64,000 nt of DNA from Candidatus Bathyarchaeota archaeon (GCA_963826715.1 CAWGYA010000002.1:160001-224000), one strand, 5' to 3'. Counted from the stretch's first letter, positions 20,347 to 29,620 are shown. The notes: a model not told the origin generated them from the sequence alone. A program made the numbers and translations.

Positions 20347-21297
20347 GTGAATAATAACATGCCGTTTAAAATATCAAAAAAAGATGCGGCAAACACTTTA
20401 TGTTTAGAGTGGGTTTTGCAAGTTAAAGATTACAAGTTAACTCTGGACAAAACTCGATGTGTTGGCTGCCAAATATGCACCTTAGCCTGCCCCAAACAAG
20501 CTATAACCAGCAAAAAACAGGCCAAACTTATGGGTGAACCAGCAAAAAAAAGTGTAGTAGATATCGATCAAACAAAATGTAACTTCTGCGGCATATGCGA
20601 CATCACTTGCCCCTATGGCGCAGTTAAAATCACCCAAAACGGAAAACATGCTCTCTCAGTTATAGCCAAAGACAGCTATCCTGAGCTTATCCGAAAAATC
20701 GAAGTAGATACTCACAAATGCGAAAAAATTTGTGAGGAATGCGAAAAATCATGTCCGTTAAATCTGATAAAAATCTCAAAAGTGGGCTATGACGGCAAGC
20801 CCGTTGAGGATGTTTCGTCTCTCTCACCAATGGGACAAAAAAGAGTACAAATAACCGTTGACATTGACAAGGAACATTGTCCAACATGTCGAGCATGTGA
20901 ATTCAAATGTTCCCCTGGTGCAATCCGAGTCAAAAAAGCTTTTGAAGGCAAAATAGGTATTAATCAAGAAAAATGCCCTCCAAACTGCCAAAATTGTCTT
21001 GATGTTTGCCCAATCAAGGGGACTTTGGTGCTTGACAATGAGAAGAAAGTTTACGTTAATGAATTAACATGCACCTACTGTGGAGCATGTAAAAACGTTT
21101 GCCCTGTTGACGAAGCTCTTTGTATTAAACGCACAAAAATTAATCATACAGATGTTCATTCCGGTGCATGGAACAAAACCTTGGAACGTTTAACTAGCCC
21201 TACAGACGCAATAAAAGAATTCAAGGCACATGCGGGTAAACATCGGCGAGAACTTGTTGAAAACCGCTTTGCGGTTGAAGAGATGAAAAAGAAATGA
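20347..21297 (+). CDS. Polyferredoxin (FwdF-like)
   Basis: About six CxxCxxCxxxCP-type clusters. Confidence 0.88.
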   Translation: MNNNMPFKISKKDAANTLCLEWVLQVKDYKLTLDKTRCVGCQICTLACPKQAITSKKQAKLMGEPAKKSVVDIDQTKCNFCGICDITCPYGAVKITQNGKHALSVIAKDSYPELIRKIEVDTHKCEKICEECEKSCPLNLIKISKVGYDGKPVEDVSSLSPMGQKRVQITVDIDKEHCPTCRACEFKCSPGAIRVKKAFEGKIGINQEKCPPNCQNCLDVCPIKGTLVLDNEKKVYVNELTCTYCGACKNVCPVDEALCIKRTKINHTDVHSGAWNKTLERLTSPTDAIKEFKAHAGKHRRELVENRFAVEEMKKK

Positions 21298-23723
21298 GCA
21301 CACCTTTATCTCCGCCAAAACCTGAAGAACTCCGTGTCGGGGTTTTCGTTTGCCATTGCGGTTTAAACATTGCTGGAACCGTAGATGTCCATGCAGTAGC
21401 AGAATACGCTAAAACCATTCCTAACGTAGTGTACGTTAAAGAGAACCGTTACACCTGTGCTGACCCTGGACAAGATGAGATCCGAAAAGCCATCCGCCAA
21501 AAAAACTTAAACCGAGTTGTCATTGCCGCTTGCAGCCCCAGAATGCATGAACCCACTTTCCGCCGAACAGTCGCCGAAGCTGGTCTAAACAGCTACCTTT
21601 ATGAAATGGCAAATATACGCGAATTTGCTTCTTGGTGCCATCAAAGTGATCCGGCTGCAGCAACGGAACGCGCCAAAGACTCTGTACGCATGGCAGTTGC
21701 CAAGGTTCGCTTAATGCAACCGCTTCAAACTATTGAAGTCCCAGTCACTAATAAAGCACTTATTATCGGCGGCGGAATCGCAGGCATGAACGCAGCTTTG
21801 GACCTTGCTGAACAAGGCTTTAAAGTATACATGGTTGAGAACACTCAGAGCATCGGCGGACACATGGCTACACTCGATAAAACGTTCCCTACACTAGATT
21901 GCAGTATCTGTATCGAGGGGCCAAAGATGGTGGATTGTGCTCGTCACCCAAATATTACGATCTTTGCTAACAGCGAACTCCTCAAATGTGAAGGATACAT
22001 CGGTAATTTCAAAGTAAAAATACGCAAGAATCCACGATATGTCCTACCTGAGAAGTGCACAGGATGCGGAGAATGTAAAGATTCCTGCCCTATAGAGTAC
22101 CCTAACGAATGGGACATGAACCTTGGCACTCGCAAGGCAATATCAGTTCCTTTTGATCAGACGGTTCCTCTAATTTACAGCATCAATCGCGACTACTGCA
22201 TTGAATGCTTCAAATGCACTGATGCATGCGGTGCCCGCGACGCTATCGACTTTGACCAGAAACCTGAGGAAGTCGAAATCGATGTGGGAGCTATCATTGT
22301 CTCCACAGGTTTTGATGTTTACTTGCCATACGACATGCCGCTTTTGGGCTATGGCAAATATCCCAACGTAGTCACCAGCATGGAGTTTGAACGTCTTATA
22401 TTGGCGGCCGGACCAACAGGCGGCAAAGTGATTCGCCAATCTGACGGTAAAAAACCACATCGCATTGTCTTCATTCAATGTGTGGGTAGTCGCGACAAAC
22501 AGCATTACCCTTATTGTTGCAACTTCGGTTGTATGTATACGTTAAAACATGTTGTTCAGCTAAAAGAGAAGTACAAAGAAGACATAGAAGTTTATGTTTT
22601 CTACATGGACATCCGCAGTTCAGGTAAAGGCTATGAGGAATTCTATGACCGCGCACGCGAACGTGGGGTGAACTTTATCCGTGGCAGAGTCAGTCGAATC
22701 GACGAAGACCCCACAACGCACAATTTAACAGTCCACTCCGAAGACTCACTGCTAGGCCAACCCATCGAAGTTGATGCAGACATGGTGGTCCTTGCAACAG
22801 CCGCCATACCCAAAAAAGGCTCAGATGAAGTCGCACGCATCCTCAATCTTAGCAGAGACGCCAACGGTTTCTTCATGGAAGCACACCCCAAACTAAAACC
22901 GATGGACGCACCTACCGACGGAGTATTCTATGCCGGCGCATGCGCAGGCCTCAAAGACATACCCTACAGTGTTTCACAAGGGAGCGGTGCTGCTTCTCGA
23001 GCGGCAACTGTAATTAGCAAACCTAAGTGGAAAATTGAGCCTATTATTAGTATGGTAGATGAAAATAAATGCAAAAAATGTGGCATATGCGTCGAAAAAT
23101 GCCCTTACGGAGCAATCCGCCAAGAAAAAGGTCAAACCGCCCAAATCATAACAGCTAGCTGTCACGGTTGTGGAACCTGTGTCGCGGAATGCCCACAACA
23201 CGCCATCACCCAGATGCACTTTACCAACGCCCAAATTCTCGCGCAAATCCATGCAGCTCTCGAAAACAAACCGGAGGAGAAAATTCTTGCGATCCTCTGC
23301 AATTGGTGCAGTTACGCTGGCGCTGATCTCGCTGGCATTAGCCGATGTGATTATCCGGCAAGTGTCCGCGCTATCCGAGTAATGTGTAGTGGCAGAGTAG
23401 CTAGAGAATTCGTTTTGGAAGCACTAAGACTTGGTGCAGGCATGGTGCTCATCGGTGCATGCCACTTACCCTACGACTGTCATTATATTAGCGGAAACTA
23501 CAAGATGAAGGAACGCACGGATGCCCTGAAAGGCATGCTCGTTAAATTGGGCATGAGTCCTGAGCGGTTCCGCGTCGAATATGTTTCCGCAGCAGAAGGT
23601 ATTCACTATGCTGAGGTTATTCGAGAAATCGATAATCAACGCAAAGCTTTGGGTGAAGAGAAGATTCAAGCTGAAAATGCAAAGCTAAAGCCTATTATTG
23701 AGAACATGCTTAAACGCAAATAG
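21294..23723 (+). CDS. hdrA: Heterodisulfide reductase subunit A fused to a C-terminal MvhD domain
   Basis: VFVCHCG, ACSP, GGGIAG, LDKTFPTLDCSIC, QCVGSRD; C-terminal CNWCSYAGAD, RVMCSGR, GACH...CHY. Confidence 0.95.
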   Translation: MSTPLSPPKPEELRVGVFVCHCGLNIAGTVDVHAVAEYAKTIPNVVYVKENRYTCADPGQDEIRKAIRQKNLNRVVIAACSPRMHEPTFRRTVAEAGLNSYLYEMANIREFASWCHQSDPAAATERAKDSVRMAVAKVRLMQPLQTIEVPVTNKALIIGGGIAGMNAALDLAEQGFKVYMVENTQSIGGHMATLDKTFPTLDCSICIEGPKMVDCARHPNITIFANSELLKCEGYIGNFKVKIRKNPRYVLPEKCTGCGECKDSCPIEYPNEWDMNLGTRKAISVPFDQTVPLIYSINRDYCIECFKCTDACGARDAIDFDQKPEEVEIDVGAIIVSTGFDVYLPYDMPLLGYGKYPNVVTSMEFERLILAAGPTGGKVIRQSDGKKPHRIVFIQCVGSRDKQHYPYCCNFGCMYTLKHVVQLKEKYKEDIEVYVFYMDIRSSGKGYEEFYDRARERGVNFIRGRVSRIDEDPTTHNLTVHSEDSLLGQPIEVDADMVVLATAAIPKKGSDEVARILNLSRDANGFFMEAHPKLKPMDAPTDGVFYAGACAGLKDIPYSVSQGSGAASRAATVISKPKWKIEPIISMVDENKCKKCGICVEKCPYGAIRQEKGQTAQIITASCHGCGTCVAECPQHAITQMHFTNAQILAQIHAALENKPEEKILAILCNWCSYAGADLAGISRCDYPASVRAIRVMCSGRVAREFVLEALRLGAGMVLIGACHLPYDCHYISGNYKMKERTDALKGMLVKLGMSPERFRVEYVSAAEGIHYAEVIREIDNQRKALGEEKIQAENAKLKPIIENMLKRK

Positions 23724-23943
23724 CTACAGTTCCTTTTTCTTTTGTTTTCTTCCATAAAAATTTTTATGTAAAACTACAAATTTGAAAGAGAAACAAAAGT
23801 TGGACTATATTAATAAAAAATGAAATAAACTGAAATATCGCTGTTTCTTCCCCGATTGTTCGAGCTTGACACTTTTTTTAACCGATTTAGCTTCAATGAT
23901 GTTAGTGAATCTTAAAATGATCTATGGTTTTTACCGGAGAATT

Positions 23944-24120
23944 TTAGGAGACCGTTTTCTTGAACCACATAATGCCGACTACAGCCACTATTGCAGCGCT
24001 TAAAGCAGCCATAGGATTAATAGCATGGAGAAAAGAATGGAAGCTAGAAGAAAAAGAAAATACAGTGATTAAGGAAATCAACAACATAATGCTGCCAATT
24101 ACCAGGTTTTTGTTGCGCAC
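23944..24120 (-). CDS. 58-aa two-TM membrane microprotein (not in ORF track)
   Basis: GAGG then GTG; MRNKNLVIGSIMLLISLITVF...AALSAAIVAVVGIMWFKKTVS. Confidence 0.55.
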   Translation of the reverse strand: MRNKNLVIGSIMLLISLITVFSFSSSFHSFLHAINPMAALSAAIVAVVGIMWFKKTVS

Positions 24121-24281
24121 GTTTTAAACCTCATATACCCGTTTTTCACAGGTACTGTTTAGGGACCTTTTTGATTTAATTCTAAGCATGCGAACAATCT
24201 GTTCAGAAAATAGGACAATTAAAACCTGTTATAAAATGTAATAGAAAATGGAAAAGTTACTTAAATTTAAAGAAGAAGGGA

Positions 24282-24560
24282 TTAATCTTCCTCTGCGAAC
24301 TTACGTTCCTTAACTTTAAGGGCTTCCTCATCACCAATTACCTTGAAGTAGTCAGTTAGCTCGTGTTTATGCAGGAATTTTTTAACAATTATCCTTACAT
24401 ATTTTTTGCTGAGCGCTTCGCCTTCTCCTTTGACTATGACTATTTTACCTTCGGTAGTTACTTCTCCACCTGTTTTCTCTTTGAGGAAATCAGCTAGTTT
24501 CTCAACTAGTTTTGATTCTTCAGCTTTGAGTTCGGAAGCGTTAACCTTCATTTCAACCAT
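24282..24560 (-). CDS. Ribosomal protein eL22 (L22e)-like
   Basis: LSKKYVRIIVKKFLHKHELTDYFKVI parallels eukaryotic FSKRYLKYLTKKYLKK..LRDWLRVV; GAGGTGA RBS. Confidence 0.75.
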   Translation of the reverse strand: MVEMKVNASELKAEESKLVEKLADFLKEKTGGEVTTEGKIVIVKGEGEALSKKYVRIIVKKFLHKHELTDYFKVIGDEEALKVKERKFAEED

Positions 24561-24647
24561 GTTGTGTTCACCTCGATTATGCTACGCAAATTTGCAGTAT
24601 GTGTGTTTTCTTCACCACTGCTGCATTGATAAGTTTTCCGCTTACAC

Positions 24648-24713
24648 TTTTGTCAGTTCGCCCGTCGAGCCGATTCATCGCAAATGCTCTGACTCTAGTG
24701 CTCATCATCCAAA
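24648..24713 (-). ncRNA. C/D box sRNA
   Basis: ATGATGA (C), 10-nt guide, CAGA (D'), GCGATGA (C'), guide, CTGA (D); short terminal stem TTTG/CAAA; D guide complementary to the 16S CGCCCGUC motif. Confidence 0.8.
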
Positions 24714-25179
24714 GCTAATTTCACAAAAGAAACATAAGACTCTTCCGATTGCGCCCGTTACCTAAAACCGCTTTTCACTACTCAAGAATGTTTACTGTAG
24801 AAATAGCATCAATTGATAGCATAAGTAAGAGCTGGAAGTATACAGACATAAAAAATCTTAGAGTGCCAAAAGAATACAGCAACAAACCCATTTGAACTGT
24901 TTGTTTATAACTGTCTTCCTGAACGAGAAAGCAAATAGATTTTAATTGGGAATTTAACAACAGTTCTCAACATTTGTAAAAAAGTTTTGATTATTAGTTT
25001 AGGCGAAAAACTACTCAATTGCCTAGTCGATCTCACATTTTAAAACATAGCAAAGTATAAAAGAGCCAACATTATATATAATAAACTTTACCATTGGCAA
25101 TCAGCACATATGCGAATCAGTAGGAAGCTGATCCCGACAGTGACTGCCAAAATCATAATAACAGGAGGAAAAGAATGAA

Positions 25180-25305
25180 ATGTTATCGCGTGATTGCGAC
25201 GGATGCTCCCAAATGAAAACATGCAGCAGACGCTTTGTCATAACAGCAAAAGGCGAAAAAGTCTACTGCCCAGACGGAACCGCCCATCTAGTTGATGGCG
25301 CATAA
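25180..25305 (+). CDS. 41-aa Cys/His-rich microprotein (not in ORF track)
   Basis: AGGAGG RBS; MLSRDCDGCSQMKTCSRRFVITAKGEKVYCPDGTAHLVDGA. Confidence 0.7.
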   Translation: MLSRDCDGCSQMKTCSRRFVITAKGEKVYCPDGTAHLVDGA

Positions 25306-25345
25306 ATAGAAAAAACTTATTTTGGTAGACTATTTCGTCCCTTTT

Positions 25346-25759
25346 TTATGTTAATTTCTCAATTACCCCTTTTACTTCAGCTATGATTTTTGTAAATTCA
25401 GCTGGCGCTGTGGGTTTCATGCCTTTCTTGGAAAGCTTTGAAACTGTCTGGTAACCCTTGCCAGATAGAAGCTTCTCAATGGCTTTCAAGGTTCGATCAT
25501 TTCCAAATAAGCGATACGTGCAGAAGATAATGACTTTTTTGTTTTCGACTGGAACCATGTTAGCGACGAAAGAGACTGCTTCTTTGGAGGGGCTAGCGCC
25601 TTCAACTGGAGTACCAAAAATTAGCAAATCAAAGTTTGAGAGGGCGTCTGGGGATATTTGAGCTATATCGAAGATTTCCGCATTTGTTGCGTGCCCGATG
25701 GCTTGCGCAAGTCGTTTAGTGTTTCCGGTCCTAGAAAAATATACAACACAAATATTCAT
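25346..25759 (-). CDS. Flavodoxin-family protein
   Basis: VVYFSRTGNTKRLAQAI, FGTPV. Confidence 0.88.
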   Translation of the reverse strand: MNICVVYFSRTGNTKRLAQAIGHATNAEIFDIAQISPDALSNFDLLIFGTPVEGASPSKEAVSFVANMVPVENKKVIIFCTYRLFGNDRTLKAIEKLLSGKGYQTVSKLSKKGMKPTAPAEFTKIIAEVKGVIEKLT

Positions 25760-26003
25760 ACTACACCGATAGAAGAACTTAATTATTAATCTTCTATCGC
25801 GATGATGGGCAGACTTTTAGTATTTTTTTCTTTTCAGCCTCAAGCTCTTTAATTTTAGGCGCTATCCCATCTTTTATTATGCGAATTCCCCGAAAGCTAA
25901 GCATGATAGTGAGCAGTAGTTGAAGATAAGTCAGGTTTGTAATGCACTATTTTTTGGGCTTGCTGTAATTTGATTCCTAGCCAACCTAAATATTGTAGGC
26001 AAA

Positions 26004-26020
26004 AAGAAATGCTTATTAAA
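26004..26020 (+). promoter_or_regulatory. BRE/TATA promoter of tRNA-Ala
   Basis: AAGAAATGC-TTATTAAA ending 34 nt upstream of the tRNA. Confidence 0.5.
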
Positions 26021-26048
26021 CGAGGTAAGATAGATTTCAGAAGCCGCA

Positions 26049-26294
26049 TCATTGGGCGAGTAGATCAGTTTGGTATGATCGCCACGTTGGCATCGTGGAG
26101 GTCGCGGGTTCAAATCCCGCCTCGTCCACCAAACTTTTATTCATGTTTATGCCTTGCAGGCGTTTTATAGCCAATTTCAAGGCGTTTTCACAGATTTTAG
26201 ACGGATTTAAACCGATTTCACAAGCTAAATTTGCCAATTCAGGATTTAATTCAATTATTGTGTTTATTTCTGCAACCCTTTTTCTAACCTCCAC
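26049..26294 (-). CDS. CcdA-like ribbon-helix-helix antitoxin-type ORF reading antisense into the tRNA
   Basis: IELNPELANLACEIGLNPSKICENALK resembles the RHH 'GLNLS' motif. Confidence 0.5.
   Translation of the reverse strand: MEVRKRVAEINTIIELNPELANLACEIGLNPSKICENALKLAIKRLQGINMNKSLVDEAGFEPATSTMPTWRSYQTDLLAQ
26054..26131 (+). tRNA. tRNA-Ala(GGC), CCA encoded
   Basis: Acceptor GGGCGAG/CTCGTCC with G3:U70; anticodon arm CCACG-TTGGCAT-CGTGG; T-loop TTCAAAT. Confidence 0.95.
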
Positions 26295-26450
26295 GTTTCA
26301 CACGTTTCTGTTGTCCAGATGGGACTTTATAGGAATAATGGCAAAACTGATAGAGCGAATTTATAAAGTCATAATAAAATAATAAGCAAGCGAAAAAGTA
26401 ATGGAAAAGCTTATCCCTTAATTCAGTTAATACATGTTTTCGGATGGAAT

Positions 26451-27224
26451 ATGTCAGACCAAACAGCGGAAGAACAGAAAGAGCGTAAAGCTCGTGAGTC
26501 ATCGGCTTATCCAAAACGCAGCTTAATAGATGCGCTGCAACTTGCCACTGCACTAAAAGAGCATAATGCAGGCAATCCTTATGATAGACTCGACTTAGCT
26601 AAAGCGGTTAACAGGTCTCCGGGAAGCAGCGAGTTTAGAATGTTAATAACCTCTTCCGGTCAGTTTGGTCTTACGGAAGGCGGATATGTTGCAAAAACCA
26701 TAAGCCTCACATCATTAGGTCGCTCGATAGTCTATCCACAAAGCGCAGACGAAAGGTCACAAGGTCTTAAGACAGCCCTTTTCAATATACCGTTTTTCAA
26801 GAAATTCTTTGAAGATTATGACAAGAACAAACTCCCTTCAATCGAATATCTCGAGGGTACGTTAAATAGAACTTATGGAATTCCAGTTACAGATTCAAAG
26901 AATTGTTACTCATTGATAGTTAAGAATGGTGAAGAACTTGGAGTCATATACGAGCAAAGCGGCTCAAAATGGATTAACTTAAACAAACTTGGGCAACAAA
27001 CTACGAAAGAGGAAGTGCACAACCCTCCGCCGACGCCCAGAGTAACCACAATGCAAGCCCCCTTGCCCCAAATCGAAGTTCCCGCACTTGGAACATCAAA
27101 CGGAGTTAATGTTACTGTTAACATAAGGTTCGAGCTACCTATAACCACTGAAATTGATGTTTATGACAAAATCTTTGAGTCCCTCAAAAAACACCTACTC
27201 ACCCCAAACACAAAAGCAAATTGA
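26451..27224 (+). CDS. DUF5343-like protein (N-terminal winged-helix-like region, conserved C-terminal tail)
   Basis: FGLTEGG...ISLTSLGRSI; C-terminal VNIRFELP.TT...VYDKIFESLKKHL. Confidence 0.6.
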   Translation: MSDQTAEEQKERKARESSAYPKRSLIDALQLATALKEHNAGNPYDRLDLAKAVNRSPGSSEFRMLITSSGQFGLTEGGYVAKTISLTSLGRSIVYPQSADERSQGLKTALFNIPFFKKFFEDYDKNKLPSIEYLEGTLNRTYGIPVTDSKNCYSLIVKNGEELGVIYEQSGSKWINLNKLGQQTTKEEVHNPPPTPRVTTMQAPLPQIEVPALGTSNGVNVTVNIRFELPITTEIDVYDKIFESLKKHLLTPNTKAN

Positions 27225-27765
27225 AAATATACTCGTTGCAGCCGGACAATTCAAGAATGACGTTGAGGGTATTCTAAGACCTTATCAAAAAGCACCTTTC
27301 ACGATATCAAGTACGGCAACAACGATTGATCTCTTATTTAGCAGATTTCATGCAGTGGCTAAACAATTGCAAAAAAGGCAGAGACAAAGGCAATTTGAAG
27401 TAATCGATGAATATGATGTCCAAGATGTGCTTCATTCTTTGCTCAAAATTTACTTTGCTGATATCAGAGCTGAAGAATATTGCCCGAGTTATGCGGGTAC
27501 ATGCGCCAGACTTGATTTTTTCTTACGTGTAGAGGGTTTAGCGATTGAAGCAAAAATGGCAGGTAGGAAGCATAACGCCCAAAAAATACGAGAAGAGCTG
27601 ATTTTGGACAAAGCGTATTACAGCAAGAGACATGACATTAAAACCTTATACTGCTTAGTTTACGACCCAAACGAAATTATCCCGAATGCACCCGGCTTTG
27701 AATATGATTTAGGCGAAAAAACTGCACGCTATGAAGTAAAGGTGTACATAGTACCAAAGAGATAA
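27154..27765 (+). CDS. PD-(D/E)xK nuclease, REase_DpnII-MboI-like domain
   Basis: DEYDVQDVLHSLL, EEYCPSYAG...RLDFFL, IEAKM, CLVYDP. Confidence 0.75.
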   Translation: MMFMTKSLSPSKNTYSPQTQKQIENILVAAGQFKNDVEGILRPYQKAPFTISSTATTIDLLFSRFHAVAKQLQKRQRQRQFEVIDEYDVQDVLHSLLKIYFADIRAEEYCPSYAGTCARLDFFLRVEGLAIEAKMAGRKHNAQKIREELILDKAYYSKRHDIKTLYCLVYDPNEIIPNAPGFEYDLGEKTARYEVKVYIVPKR

Positions 27766-27826
27766 TCTATTTCAGGTAACAATATGCGGTTCAATCAGTA
27801 GACTTACACCGCTTGCTATCCGGAAT

Positions 27827-28412
27827 TCAAATCAACCGATGTTCTTTTAGGGCTTCAAGAAATTTAACGGTTTTACGAATACAACGATAAAAAGTCCTGA
27901 AGTGGCAATTCTGTTTTTTACTTTGTCTGGAATGCTCTCTTTAGAATAGCGGTCACCCGTTTCAAATTTGATCTTCAATGCTTCTAAAATACCCGTTACA
28001 TAATCGTTAATTTCCTTATCCGCCTGCTCAAAGCTCATTGAAATAAAAGGAGTAGGAGCGGAATTTGTGGCAGATATTGGTATTTCAGGGCTATCATCCC
28101 AGAAATTAATAATGCGCTCCTCAGAAACTTGTAACTGCGAAATTATCTTCTTGATTTTATTCGATAATCATTTAATCTCTCTTGACGGTCTATGCTTCCT
28201 CCACCGAGAAAAAACCCTATATTTACTGCATTGCTAAATTGTTGAACTTCTTTTTCAGAAAATAGCTCTTGAATTAACGACTTAGTGCCATAGTACGCAC
28301 GATTATATCGCTCATCATTTCTATTTTCATAAGTTGCATGCTCCAATACGCTTTCGAACTCGCGGATTTTTTCCCTTATAAGTGCAAGAGCTTTTTCTTT
28401 CGAAACCGTCAT
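27827..28412 (-). pseudogene. TIR-like/nucleotide-binding defence effector pseudogene
   Basis: Frameshift near 28150; PFISMSF...IPDKVKNRIATSGLFIVVF then an apparent internal deletion before KFLEALKEHRLI*. Confidence 0.55.
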
Positions 28413-28512
28413 TAGTACTTAACCCTATCATCCAAGCGTTGAGGTTGATATATTTATAATTTTCAGGTAGTGCCTTTCTTGCTTATAAGTAACAAGCGCT
28501 TAAATGTCGTAC

Positions 28513-28635
28513 ATGGAACTCGTAATAAAGAATTCTCGAGTTACCCCAGACGTTGTTGGAAAAACCGGTGAATTTCCAAAGTACACAACCCAGATTATGA
28601 ATCTTGCAAATCAAAATGCTCAAGGTACAGATTAA
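28513..28635 (+). pseudogene. Truncated 5' copy of the MjaI-family endonuclease gene
   Basis: MELVIKNSRVTPDVVGKTGEFPKYTTQIMNLANQNAQGTD* is near-identical to the N-terminus of 29702..30280. Confidence 0.88.
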
Positions 28636-28650
28636 CAGTAAAGTTTGTTC

Positions 28651-28857
28651 TTAGTCTCTAAAACATTTGAAACATTGGCGAACATTTCGTTTTTGTGTTT
28701 TCTTAGCGAAGTCCTCAGCGTCCTTCGTTGTTTCAAATTCCTTACTCCAATAACCGCTTGCATCATATTCCTCCCGACCGACATACCAACCGCAAGAGCT
28801 TGAGTGAATGAAAGCCTTATTGTTTGGATGATTCACATAAACGACGTATTGCCCCAA
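28651..28857 (-). CDS. Small putative Zn-binding protein
   Basis: IHSSSC ... CFKC (HxxxC + CxxC). Confidence 0.65.
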   Translation of the reverse strand: MGQYVVYVNHPNNKAFIHSSSCGWYVGREEYDASGYWSKEFETTKDAEDFAKKTQKRNVRQCFKCFRD

Positions 28858-29083
28858 TCGAAGACCCCAACGAGTCTTTTCTCCTAATTTGCTTTAAACC
28901 TTTTCGAACATTTGCTCCCTTAGTCGCATAACTCATAGTAATTTAATACAATTCAGCCGTTGTTTCTTCTTAGAAAGTGTTAAATACAATTTAAGTCCAA
29001 AGGGCTTACCGCTAAGAAGGCGAATATACCTGTCAGCGCAACGTGTTCAAGCAGAGCATGGTTTTGAGGAAACAAGACGATGC

Positions 29084-29620
29084 ATGTTAAAAGTTTATGC
29101 AAGCCACATACAAACACATGCAGGCTTGTTAATAGCAATAATCATTGGTACTTTTACACTGGTTTCGAGGTTTTCTGATTTCTATGTGCTAAGAAACAAT
29201 ACTATAACATTTGGTTTATTGCTGAGTTTTCTTGTTGGAGCAAGCGCTTTTTTACTACTGAGAATTCTCTATTGGGCTTTTTGTGATAACTGTGCCGTTA
29301 TTGTACGTTACAGTTCAATCTAAACTATTCAAAGTCAAAGTCAAAACTTGAGAGAAATCAAGTATGGCAAATCTAAGAAATCAGAAGCTGGGAAAGAACT
29401 AAACGAGTTCGAAAAAGAACCTATAACACAAACCAATGCCTTGGCATTTTTCATAAAAGAATACCTGAATGATCCAACTCAGTTTGATAGTAACGCCAAA
29501 TTAACTTTTTATCATAAGTTAGCACGTTTGAATAATTTAGGACGAATAGCAGCCGTTGCTATTACGACTTTGTTGTCGTTTTTTGTGTTTTTGCTTCTGA
29601 ATGGATTCTTATGGCAATAG
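29084..29620 (+). pseudogene. Three-TM membrane protein interrupted by an in-frame TAA at 29321-29323
   Basis: ORFs 29084..29323 and 29348..29620 are in the same frame, separated only by the stop and 8 sense codons. Confidence 0.55.
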
